Assembly: GCA_964430135.1 (NCBI GenBank)
Contig: CAYSEG010000008.1
Location: 1-43,165 of the forward strand
From: an uncultured Candidatus Saccharibacteria bacterium
GTDB lineage: Bacteria > Patescibacteriota > Minisyncoccia > JAHIHE01 > DAOWLE01
Direction: 5' to 3'
Length of the DNA stretch: 43,165 nt
The number at the start of each line of letters is the position of its first letter. The stretch's first letter is position 1. The notes under the pieces were generated by a model that ran no database searches, was not told the DNA's origin, and saw only the letters and a list, made by a program, of their open reading frames with translations. The position numbers were made by a program, and so were the translations under genes. Positions 27,073-35,729 of the stretch are shown here, one piece after another.

Positions 27073-28137
27073 ATGAAAAAATTTTTGTATATTTTAACAC
27101 TTCAAATTTTCCTTTTACTCTTTACTGGAGTTTCTTGCGGAATGCCTTCGAAAGACATAAAAACAGGAGGAGTTTTTAAATCTGTTGATAGGGGTTCTAC
27201 CTGGGAACAAAAAGTAAAAATTGAAAAGAAAAAGACTATTGCTTCTGTGAGTGTTTTAAGTATGGCCATTGATCCTCATAATTCTAAAGTGATATATATC
27301 GGGACTGAAAATAGGGGAATTTACAAAACAGAAAATAGCGGTGATTCTTGGAGGCAACTGGCAATAAATAATGGTTCGGTAAATTCCATCGCTCTTGATC
27401 CTAAAAGTGAAGGCATTGTCTATGCAGTTAATTCCGGTAAAGTTTTTAAGAGCACTGATGGAGGAGCTCAATGGCAGATGATTTATATTGAGTCGGGGGG
27501 AGGTACTATTAATACAGTGACTGTTGATTCTTATGATTCAAAAAATATCTATACTGGGACATCGAATGGCGGATTTTTAAAAAGTGCTGATTGCGGTAAT
27601 TCTTGGTCTATTCTTAAATGGTTTGACAGCTCAATAAAGTATATTGTTATTAATCCGAATGACACCAGACAGATTTATGTCGTTACGGCGGAAAAGTTTT
27701 ACAAAACCAATGACAGCGGTCTGAGCTGGGAAAATATCAGTGAAAATCTAAAGGATTTTAAAGGAGCAGATAAAATAAATTGCATTTATGTTAAAAATGA
27801 AGTTTATCTCGGAACAGAAGCGGGATTGTTAAAGAGCGCTGACGCGGGAGTCTCCTGGGAAAGTTTAAGGATATTAATTCCTCCTAAGAAACCGCTGATT
27901 ACATCTATTACTGTAAGTCCTGAGAATTCTCGCGAAATTTATTTTAGCAGTGGGGCTACTCTTTTTAGAAGTTTAGACGGCGGTTTGAACTGGCAGGTGG
28001 TTCAACTGCCTACTTCTCGGAGGATTGAAGTAATTAAGATAGATCCTGAAAATCCCGATATAATCTATATAGGCGTTAAGTTTATTAAGGAGAAAAAGAA
28101 AGGATTTCTTCCTTATCAGCCTGCTCCTCCTAAATAA
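27073..28137 (+). CDS. BNR/Asp-box repeat beta-propeller lipoprotein (Ycf48/sortilin-like)
   Basis: Signal peptide with a lipobox-like FTGVSCG. At least seven S/T-x-D-x-G-x-S/T-W repeats (SVDRGSTWEQ, TENSGDSWRQ, STDGGAQWQM, SADCGNSWSI, TNDSGLSWEN, SADAGVSWES, SLDGGLNWQV). Confidence 0.6.
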   Translation: MKKFLYILTLQIFLLLFTGVSCGMPSKDIKTGGVFKSVDRGSTWEQKVKIEKKKTIASVSVLSMAIDPHNSKVIYIGTENRGIYKTENSGDSWRQLAINNGSVNSIALDPKSEGIVYAVNSGKVFKSTDGGAQWQMIYIESGGGTINTVTVDSYDSKNIYTGTSNGGFLKSADCGNSWSILKWFDSSIKYIVINPNDTRQIYVVTAEKFYKTNDSGLSWENISENLKDFKGADKINCIYVKNEVYLGTEAGLLKSADAGVSWESLRILIPPKKPLITSITVSPENSREIYFSSGATLFRSLDGGLNWQVVQLPTSRRIEVIKIDPENPDIIYIGVKFIKEKKKGFLPYQPAPPK

Positions 28138-28300
28138 TATTTTCTAGCTTAAAAAATCATATTTCTAATAATTGTCTTTAAAATAGGAATTATTTATTTA
28201 TTTTCATCAATTCTTAGAAATAAAAGGTTAGTGAAATTTAAAATTAAGAAATAGAAATTAAATAAAAATTAAAAAATAAGAAATAAGAATTTTTTATAAT

Positions 28301-28858
28301 ATGTATCAGGAAATTATTGATAAAATTAAACCCGAATTAGAAAAATCGATCGAGCATCTAAAAGAAACGTTAGCTAAACTTCGGACCGGGAGAGCAACTC
28401 CAGTATTAGTTGAGGACATTTTAGTTAATTATTATAATTCAAGAGTTCCCCTAAAACAAATTGCAACTATTTCTATACCTGATGCAAGAACTATCGTAAT
28501 TCAACCGTGGGATAAAGGAATAATTAAGGATATTGAAAAAGCGATTTCGTCTTCTGGTACTGGGCTAAATCCAGTTATCAACGGAACTAAAATTCATATT
28601 AATTTGTCTCCTTTAACTGAAGAAACCAGAAAAGATTTAGTGAAAATACTCCATAAAGAAATAGAAAAAACAAGAGTTAATGTCCGGATGATTCGGGAAA
28701 ACGCTTGGCGCCAGATAAAGAATTTAGAAAAAGAAGGTAGTATTTCAGAAGATGATAAATTTCAAGGAAAGGATAAATTACAAGAAGTGATAAATGAGTT
28801 TAATAATAGAATAGAGAAAATAGGAGAGGATAAGGAAAAGGAGATAATGACGATTTGA
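28301..28858 (+). CDS. frr: ribosome recycling factor
   Basis: 185 aa. LRTGRATPVLVEDILVNYYNSRVPLKQIATISIPDARTIVIQPWDK. Ends with TGA. Confidence 0.9.
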   Translation: MYQEIIDKIKPELEKSIEHLKETLAKLRTGRATPVLVEDILVNYYNSRVPLKQIATISIPDARTIVIQPWDKGIIKDIEKAISSSGTGLNPVINGTKIHINLSPLTEETRKDLVKILHKEIEKTRVNVRMIRENAWRQIKNLEKEGSISEDDKFQGKDKLQEVINEFNNRIEKIGEDKEKEIMTI

Positions 28859-28972
28859 AAAAAGTCAAAAGTCAAAAATCAAAATTCAAAAATAAAAGTT
28901 AAAATTCAAAAGTGATTATAAAAATTTTGACTTTTGAATTGAACTTTTGCTTTTGCCTTTTACCTTTTGAAT
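28858..28972. repeat. family-D 7-bp-periodic A-rich imperfect palindrome (copy D1)
   Basis: AAGTCAA|AAGTCAA|AAATCAA|AATTCAA|AAATAAA|AGTTAAA|ATTCAAA - central loop - TTTTGAC|TTTTGAA|TTGAACT|TTTGCTT|TTGCCTT|TTACCTT|TTGAATT. Confidence 0.65.
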
Positions 28973-28981
28973 TAAATATAT

Positions 28982-30091
28982 ATGTTAATCACGATTATTA
29001 TTTTTATTCTAATCTTGGGTCTTCTAATTTTTGTCCACGAATTTGGGCATTTTATTGCGGCTAAACGTGCCGGGGCAAAAGTAGAAGAATTTGGACTTGG
29101 TCTTCCGCCAAGAATTTTTGGTGTAAAAAGAGGCGAGACAATCTATTCATTAAATTGGCTTCCTATTGGCGGATTTTGTAAAATTTTAGGCGAGGGAGGC
29201 GAGAAGAAAAACGACCCTCGGAGTATGGCTTCTAAATCAATCGGACAGCGAGCAAAAATATTTGCCGCGGGCGTGTCAATGAATTTTGCCTTAGCTGTTG
29301 TGCTTTTGATAATAGGTTATACCATTGGGCTTCCATCGATTATTAAAGATGATCAAGTAGGGACTGTTAGAGATCCGAAAGTTCAGATAGTTGAAGTGGT
29401 AAAAGATTCACCAGCCGAAAAAGCTGGGTTAAAAGTAGGCGATGCCATAATAGAGTTAAAAGTTAAAAGTGAAAAGTTAAAAGTTGATGAGGTTGAAAAA
29501 TTTCAGGAATTAATCAAAGCGCATCAAGGTAAAGAAGTTATTTTGGGAATTAAAAGAGGAGATGAAGAGTTGGAAATTGCCGCTGTGCCAAGAGAAAATT
29601 TTCCAGAAGGTCAAGGTCCTTTGGGAATTGGATTAGCCGAGACTGGCATTGTTTCTTATCCAATTCACAAAGCTATTTGGATGGGGATTACCAGTACCAT
29701 TAATTTAACCATAACAATCATTTTTCTTTTTGGAGGTCTTCTTTGGAGTCTGATTTCTACTGGCACGGGAAACATAGATGTGGCCGGACCAGTTGGCATT
29801 GCTGTTTTAACCGGACAGGTAGCCCAGATGGGCTTTATCTATGTTTTGCAGTTTACCGCGCTTATTTCTATTAATCTTGCCCTGATTAATATTTTCCCAT
29901 TTCCGGGATTAGACGGGGGTCATCTTTTGTTTTTGGCTATTGAAAAGATAAAAGGAAGACCAGTCAGGCGAGAGGTTTTGAATACTATCAACAACATCGG
30001 TTTTATTCTTTTGATGCTTTTGATTTTAGCAGTTACTTTTAGAGATTTTGCCAGGTTTGATGTTTGGGAGAAGCTGAAGGGAATTTTTTGA
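28982..30091 (+). CDS. rseP: RIP zinc metalloprotease RseP (site-2 protease)
   Basis: HEFGHF, a PDZ domain (KDSPAEKAGLKVGDAI) and the C-terminal PFPGLDGGHLLF motif. Confidence 0.85.
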   Translation: MLITIIIFILILGLLIFVHEFGHFIAAKRAGAKVEEFGLGLPPRIFGVKRGETIYSLNWLPIGGFCKILGEGGEKKNDPRSMASKSIGQRAKIFAAGVSMNFALAVVLLIIGYTIGLPSIIKDDQVGTVRDPKVQIVEVVKDSPAEKAGLKVGDAIIELKVKSEKLKVDEVEKFQELIKAHQGKEVILGIKRGDEELEIAAVPRENFPEGQGPLGIGLAETGIVSYPIHKAIWMGITSTINLTITIIFLFGGLLWSLISTGTGNIDVAGPVGIAVLTGQVAQMGFIYVLQFTALISINLALINIFPFPGLDGGHLLFLAIEKIKGRPVRREVLNTINNIGFILLMLLILAVTFRDFARFDVWEKLKGIF

Positions 30092-30195
30092 AGTTAAAGG
30101 TTTAAGATGCAAAGTTTAAAATTACAGTTAGAAGTTTAAAATTTATTCCCTCTCTTGGGAGGGATTAGGGGGATGTGTAGATTGAAAATATTTCT

Positions 30196-30308
30196 GTCAG
30201 TTCAGTCGTCCATTCTGTTAGTTCAATCGTTCACGATTGAGCTACGTGTTTAGTTTTTAGCAATCAAAACATTAAGGTTTAGTCGTGGACGACTAAACCA
30301 ACAGAGGA
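30196..30308. repeat. family-B double-hairpin element (copy B3), abutting the truncated Fic gene
   Basis: cagttcagtcgtcc (partial hairpin), GTTAGTTCAATCGttcaCGATTGAGCTAC, spacer gtttagtttttagcaatcaaaacattaa, then GGTTTAGTCGtggaCGACTAAACCAACAG. Confidence 0.7.
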
Positions 30309-31064
30309 ATGTTTTATTTAAGCTAAAAATTGACGAAAAGACCAAGAAAATAAATTCTTTACGGCCTTTGCCGAAGGAATCATTAAAATCTTTAGAGGAA
30401 AAACTTGCTATTGACGAGATTTATAATTCTACGGCCATTAAAGGGAATACTTTGACCTTAGGCGAAACTGCTTTGGTTATAGAAAAAGGAATAACAGTTT
30501 CTGGAAAGCCTCTTAAAGATCATCTTGAAGTTTTGGGCTATAATAATGCTTTGAAATTCTTAAAAGATATTGTCAAAGAAAAAGAAAAATATCCCTTGAA
30601 CGAGGATTTAATTAAAGAAATTCATAGAATTTATTTAAGCCAATAGAGGATATTGGAAAGGAATATAAAACCGGAATTGGATTTTACAGAGGAAATCAAA
30701 GATTTATTAAAAGTTCCCGCCATATTTTGCCGCGTCCAGAAAAGGTTCTGCATCTAATGGAGGAATTTGTAAAAATTATCAATACTTTTGATATACATTC
30801 AATTAAACGAGCCGCCTTGTTTCATTTTGGTTTAACTCATATCCATCCTTTTTCGACGGTAATGGCAGAACCGTACGGATTCTGATGAATTTAATGCTTT
30901 TAAGAAATAATTTTACGATTGCCGTTATTCCAGTTGAAAGAAGGTCCAACTATATTAATTCTTTGGAAAAAGCATCAGTAGAGCACGACGGCAGTGATTT
31001 TCTGAAATTCATTGTTGTTTGTCTTGATGATGTTTTAAATTTATATTTTACGATTGTGAGATGA
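30309..31064 (+). pseudogene. Fic/Doc-family (AMPylase-like) gene, 5'-truncated and interrupted by at least two frameshifts
   Basis: The reading frame runs through the B3 element with no start codon. The N-terminal region has STAIKGNTLTLGE. The frame breaks after IHRIYLSQ (30646) and again inside HPF|FDGNGRTVRILMNLMLL (a T5 run near 30855), which is the Fic HxFx(D/E)GNGRxxR motif. Confidence 0.6.
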
Positions 31065-31134
31065 TAAATAATTCAGAAATAAAAAAGTTCCAAGTTTTAA
31101 ATTCCAAATTGTAAGTTATAAATTTCAAGATTTT

Positions 31135-32838
31135 ATGCGTCAATCAAGACTTTTCGGGAAAACAACTAAAACGATTCCCCGCGATATAAAAGCGATAAGT
31201 CATCGATTACTATATCAAGGCGGATTTATTAGAGAATCTGCAGCGGGCAGATATTATTTTTTGCCGTTGGGAATAAGAGTTAGGGACAAAATTGTAAAGA
31301 TAGTTGAGGAAGAAATGAATAAAGCTGGAGCGATTAAGTTAATCACTCCGGTGCTTCATCCAATTGAACTTTGGAAAAATACTCAGCGGACAGAGTCAAT
31401 TGGATTTGAACTGATGAAAGTAAAAGACCGTGAAGGAAATGATTTTGTTCTGGGCGGGACCGCAGAGGAGATGATAATTGATTTAGTTAAAAAATTTAAT
31501 ATCAGTTATAAGGATTTGCCTTTTAATATCTATCAATTTTCCCAGAAATTCCGCGATGAACTTCGGCCAAGAGGCGGACTGCTTCGCTTACGGGAATTTT
31601 TAATGAAAGATGCTTATTCTTTTAATTTGGACGAAAAAGATTTCAAAGGCGAATATCAGAAGATGTGGAAAGTATACACTAAAATTTTTAAGCGGTTGGG
31701 ACTTGAAATTATTGTTGTTGAATCTGATAATGGATATATCGGTGGGGATTATTGTCATGAATTTGTTGTAGAAAGCGAGGCTGGTGAGAGTCGTTTTTTT
31801 ATTTCTGAAGATGGAAAATACGCTGCTCACGAAGATGTGGCAAAATTTAAGAAAGAAAAGAAAAATTTAGATGAAGAAGAAAGAAGATTAGAGGAAGTTG
31901 AAGCTAAAAGAGGAAAAACAATGGAAGACGGGGTTAAATTGCACCGGCTTCCTCTTTGGCAACAAATTAAAGATGTAATGTTTATTGATGACAAAGAAAG
32001 ATTCATTTTAGCGATTATTCGCGGAGATTTTAATGTTAATGAGATAAAATTAAGAAATTTAATTGGAGTTAACGATCTGAGGTATGCTGATGACGAAGAA
32101 ATTAAAAAATTAGGCAGTGAACCTGGATTTATTTCTCCAGTTGGAATAAACAAAAAAGTCATTATTGTAGCAGATGATTCTTTAAGAACAATAAAAAATG
32201 CTTATGGAGGAGCGAATAAAAAGAATAGGGATTTACTAAATATAAATATTGATCGAGATTATAAGCCTCATTTTGAAGGTGATATCGCTTTAGCAGAAGA
32301 AGGATTTTTAAGCGAACAAGGAAGCAGATTAAAAGAAGGCAGAGGAATAGAAGTTGGAAACATATTTCAACTCGGATATTATTACACTAAGAAAATGAAC
32401 GCGACTTTTACTGATAAAGACGGCAAAGAAAAGTTTTATTATATGGGTTGTTATGGCATAGGAATAGACAGAACTCTAGCAACTATTGTTGAAAAGCATC
32501 ATGACAGAAAAGGAATGGTTTGGCCGGCCCCTGTTGCTCCTTATGATGTCCATTTAATAGAAATTGGAAATCAAAAAGATGAAATCCGCGGTGTCGCAGA
32601 AAGAGTCTACAACATTTTACAATCTTCGAATATTGAAGTATTATATGATGATAGAGATGAATCAGCCGGAGTAAAGTTTGCGGATAGTGATTTGATCGGG
32701 ATACCGATAAGAATAGTAGTAAGCGAGAAGACGATTGAGAAAGATAGTGTGGAGTTGAAGAGAAGGAACGAGAAAGAAACACGGTTTGTGAGGATGGATA
32801 GAATTGGCAGGGAAATAGATAAATGGTTAGATCAATAA
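31135..32838 (+). CDS. proS: prolyl-tRNA synthetase
   Basis: 567 aa, bacterial-type class II synthetase. RESAAGRYYFLPLG, FRDELRPRGGLLRLREFLMKDAYSF, and a C-terminal anticodon-binding domain. Confidence 0.9.
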   Translation: MRQSRLFGKTTKTIPRDIKAISHRLLYQGGFIRESAAGRYYFLPLGIRVRDKIVKIVEEEMNKAGAIKLITPVLHPIELWKNTQRTESIGFELMKVKDREGNDFVLGGTAEEMIIDLVKKFNISYKDLPFNIYQFSQKFRDELRPRGGLLRLREFLMKDAYSFNLDEKDFKGEYQKMWKVYTKIFKRLGLEIIVVESDNGYIGGDYCHEFVVESEAGESRFFISEDGKYAAHEDVAKFKKEKKNLDEEERRLEEVEAKRGKTMEDGVKLHRLPLWQQIKDVMFIDDKERFILAIIRGDFNVNEIKLRNLIGVNDLRYADDEEIKKLGSEPGFISPVGINKKVIIVADDSLRTIKNAYGGANKKNRDLLNINIDRDYKPHFEGDIALAEEGFLSEQGSRLKEGRGIEVGNIFQLGYYYTKKMNATFTDKDGKEKFYYMGCYGIGIDRTLATIVEKHHDRKGMVWPAPVAPYDVHLIEIGNQKDEIRGVAERVYNILQSSNIEVLYDDRDESAGVKFADSDLIGIPIRIVVSEKTIEKDSVELKRRNEKETRFVRMDRIGREIDKWLDQ

Positions 32839-32847
32839 ATAGATATA

Positions 32848-32962
32848 AAATTTTCAATTACCAATTTTCAATTTCCAAAGTGTTTTATTTAGTTTTTTGT
32901 TTGAAAATTTAATTATTGAAAATTCATTGAAAATTGTGATTTAAAAATTGAAAATTAAATTG
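32848..32962. repeat. family-C TTTTCAAT/ATTGAAAA element (copy C2)
   Basis: aattttcaattaccaattttcaatttccaa ... tttttgtttgaaaatttaattattgaaaattcattgaaaattgtgatttaaaaattgaaaatt. Near-identical blocks occur in C3. Confidence 0.65.
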
Positions 32963-33012
32963 TTGTTATTTTACTTAAAGTTTAGTAAATAAAAATATTT
33001 AGTTAAAAATTA

Positions 33013-34071
33013 TTGATTATGTTTAATAAACTCTTCAGCGCTTTTTCACACGACATTGGAATAGATCTCGGCACAGCCAATACCCTGGTTTATGTTAGAG
33101 GAAAAGGAATTGTGATGAATGAACCTTCGGTGGTAGCTATTAATCAGAAGACTGGTCAGATTTTAGCTGTTGGAAATGAGGCTAAGAAAATGGTCGGAAA
33201 GACACCGAGCCACATTATTGCCAGTCGTCCTCTGATAGATGGAGTAATTTCTGATTTTGAAGTGACCGAGCAAATGCTTCGTTATTTTATAGAAAAAGTC
33301 CATCACGAGACTTTTACAATTTTAGTTCGTCCAAGGGTAGTTGTTGGGATTCCTTCAGGAGTTACTGAAGTAGAAAAAAAGGCTGTTCAAGACGCTACTC
33401 TAAATGCCGGGGCACGTCAAGCTTTTTTGATTGAGGAACCAATGGCTGCGGCTATTGGAGTAAGACTTCCAGTCCAAGAAGCGGCCGGTAATATGATTGT
33501 TGATATCGGGGGAGGAACTACAGAAGTAGCGGTTATTTCTTTAGGGGGTATTGTTACTTCAAGAAGTTTGAGAATCGCTGGTGATGAATTAAATGAGGAT
33601 ATTATTCAATATGCCCGTGATGAATTTAATTTGCTTTTAGGAGAAAAAACGGCTGAAGATATAAAAATTGCTATTGGGTCAGCTTACGACTTAGAAGAAC
33701 CTCTTGAAGTTCCGATGCGCGGACGCGATTTAGTAACAGGTCTTCCTAAAGAGGTAATGGTTAATGATACACAAATTAGAGAAGCCCTTGTTCGGTCAGT
33801 AAAGACGCTTGTTGATGCCATTAAGACGACAATTGAAGAAACCCCTCCGGAATTAGTAGCAGATATTATGCATCGGGGAATTATTTTGGTTGGTGGAGGA
33901 AGTCTTCTTAGGGGTTTAGATAAGTTAGTCGCTAAGGAAACTCAGATGCCGGCAAAGGTTGTTGATGATCCAATGACTGCAGTTGTCAGAGGAACCGGAA
34001 TAGTTTTAGAAAACATCAACGCATTGAAAGAAGTGCTGATTAGTGTTCAGCATGAAGAGGCTTTGAAATAA
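33013..34071 (+). CDS. mreB: rod-shape-determining protein MreB
   Basis: DIGIDLGTANTLVYV, DIGGGTTEVAVIS: the actin-fold signatures. Confidence 0.95.
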   Translation: MIMFNKLFSAFSHDIGIDLGTANTLVYVRGKGIVMNEPSVVAINQKTGQILAVGNEAKKMVGKTPSHIIASRPLIDGVISDFEVTEQMLRYFIEKVHHETFTILVRPRVVVGIPSGVTEVEKKAVQDATLNAGARQAFLIEEPMAAAIGVRLPVQEAAGNMIVDIGGGTTEVAVISLGGIVTSRSLRIAGDELNEDIIQYARDEFNLLLGEKTAEDIKIAIGSAYDLEEPLEVPMRGRDLVTGLPKEVMVNDTQIREALVRSVKTLVDAIKTTIEETPPELVADIMHRGIILVGGGSLLRGLDKLVAKETQMPAKVVDDPMTAVVRGTGIVLENINALKEVLISVQHEEALK

Positions 34072-34240
34072 AGTTTTATTATAAAAAATATTAAAGCGTA
34101 ATTAAAATTTCAAGTTTTGGACGGATTGCAAATTAAGGAATTTTTTAAAATTTTAAGTTTATTAATAAGAAAAGGATTGTTGATTTTTATTTAGATGCAA
34201 AAGACGGGTCCGGTTTTGGACGTTTATTGTTATTTCAGTT

Positions 34241-35083
34241 TTGATTTGGTCTGTGATAATCATTTTTTATTCATGTTATATTATGCGCAAGTTATTTTCA
34301 TCAGGGCTAATTACTTTAATATTTTTTTTAATACTAACAGGATTTCTTATTTTTTTAAATTCAAAAAATTATCTTAAGATTCCTAAAGATATTTTTTATA
34401 CTCTCAGTGAGCCTATTCAGAAAGTTTCAATGGCTTCTTTTAATAAGACGAGTAGTCTTATTGATTTAATAAGCTCCATAAAAAATCTTAGAAGGGAAAA
34501 TATAAGGATGAAAGAAGAGCTGAGATTTTTAAAGGCAGAAAATGCGAGGCTTAAAGAAATAGCTTATGAAAATAAAATTTTAAGAGAACAGTTTAAATTA
34601 TCAATTGATCAGAAGCTCCAGTTAATTTCTTCGTATGTGATAGGAAAAAGTTCTAAAAATTTCTCGCAGTATCTACTTATAGACAAGGGTTTAGATGATG
34701 GCGTTGAAAAAGGAAATCCGGTCATTACTTCGGGTGGAATTTTAATCGGTAAAGTCTCAGAAGTTTCATCGGGCTCGGCAAAAATTTTACTTATTACCGA
34801 TCCCTCAAGTGTTATAAACGCTATTATTCAAGAAACAAGAGCGAGCGGAATAGTTAAAGGAGAATATGGGCTAGGTCTTGTTATGGATATGATTCCTCAG
34901 AATGAGGAAGTCAACATCGGTGATACAGTGATTACTTCAGCTTTTGGCGGAGATTTTCCAAAAGGACTTTTAATTGGGCAGATTAAGGAAATAAAAGGGT
35001 CAGAAAACCAAATTTTCCAAAAAGCAATTATAGAACCAGCTCAAGAATTGAAAAAATTAGAGATTGTTTTTGTAGTTCAATAG
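34241..35083 (+). CDS. mreC: rod-shape-determining protein MreC
   Basis: TM helix, coiled coil (LRRENIRMKEELRFLKAENARLKE), and a beta domain with GNPVITSGGILIGKV ... GDTVITSAFGGDFPKGLLIGQI. The likely start is the ATG at 34283 (MRKLF). Confidence 0.8.
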   Translation: MIWSVIIIFYSCYIMRKLFSSGLITLIFFLILTGFLIFLNSKNYLKIPKDIFYTLSEPIQKVSMASFNKTSSLIDLISSIKNLRRENIRMKEELRFLKAENARLKEIAYENKILREQFKLSIDQKLQLISSYVIGKSSKNFSQYLLIDKGLDDGVEKGNPVITSGGILIGKVSEVSSGSAKILLITDPSSVINAIIQETRASGIVKGEYGLGLVMDMIPQNEEVNIGDTVITSAFGGDFPKGLLIGQIKEIKGSENQIFQKAIIEPAQELKKLEIVFVVQ

Positions 35084-35085
35084 GA

Positions 35086-35213
35086 TATCATTGCGGGGAG
35101 CCCCTTAAGGGGCGATGAAGTAATCCCGTGCTATTAATACAGGCTTTTTATAAATCTACGGGATTGTTTCATCGTCCTGAAGCATATAGTTCAGGATTTC
35201 TCGCAACAACGGA
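35086..35213. repeat. family-A palindromic element (copy A3) between mreC and mreD
   Basis: TCATTGCGGGGA-GCCCCttaaGGGGC-GATGAAGTAATCCCGT ... ACGGGATTGTTTCATC ... TTCTCGCAACAA. Nested inverted repeats, GC-rich. It ends 3 nt before the mreD ATG. Confidence 0.65.
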
Positions 35214-35216
35214 TTT

Positions 35217-35729
35217 ATGAAGATTAGTTTAAATATTTTAATTTTGTTCTTAACTGTTATCTTACAGGTTACTCTTGTGCCTCATTTAAGTATTTTTGGA
35301 GTTTACCCTGATTTTGTATTTATCTTGATTATCTTTTTTAGTATTTTAAAACCCATCCATCAATCATTAATTTTTGCATTAGTCGGCGGATTATTTCTAG
35401 ATTTTTTTACTTTATACCCTTTAGGTGCTATTACATTAAGTTTTATTTTAATTTCGTATCTTTTTAGTTTTGTTGTTCAAAATATTCTAAAAAGCCATAA
35501 TTTAGCAACATTTATAATTCTTGGTTTTATCGGAACAATAATTTACGAAATATTAGTATCTTCTTTTATAAAATTGGCTGATTTTATTTATTCATCTAGT
35601 AAAATTCTTGAATTTCGATATAATTTTATTTATTTTATATTACCAGAAGCAGTTTATAATACTATTTTGATTTTCCTTGTTTTTTTATTCTTTCGGTGCT
35701 TCAAGCAACGTTTATTAGCATATAAATAA
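35217..35729 (+). CDS. mreD: rod-shape-determining protein MreD (putative)
   Basis: 170 aa with 5 TM helices, positioned between mreC and the PBP2 gene. Confidence 0.55.
   Translation: MKISLNILILFLTVILQVTLVPHLSIFGVYPDFVFILIIFFSILKPIHQSLIFALVGGLFLDFFTLYPLGAITLSFILISYLFSFVVQNILKSHNLATFIILGFIGTIIYEILVSSFIKLADFIYSSSKILEFRYNFIYFILPEAVYNTILIFLVFLFFRCFKQRLLAYK

Noticed and set aside
28858-28972. CRISPR array interpretation of the A-rich repeat regions
   Set aside because: The units are 7 bp and arranged as palindromes, not direct repeats of 25-40 bp with unique spacers. No cas genes are present.
31600-32857. Minus-strand ORFs inside proS (31600..31830, 31827..32162, 32483..32857)
   Set aside because: They are antisense to a well-supported aminoacyl-tRNA synthetase and their composition is Ser/Leu-rich shadow.
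34195-34377. ORF 34195..34377 overlapping the mreC start
   Set aside because: It is out of frame with mreC and has no SD. MreC homology is accounted for by 34241/34283..35083.
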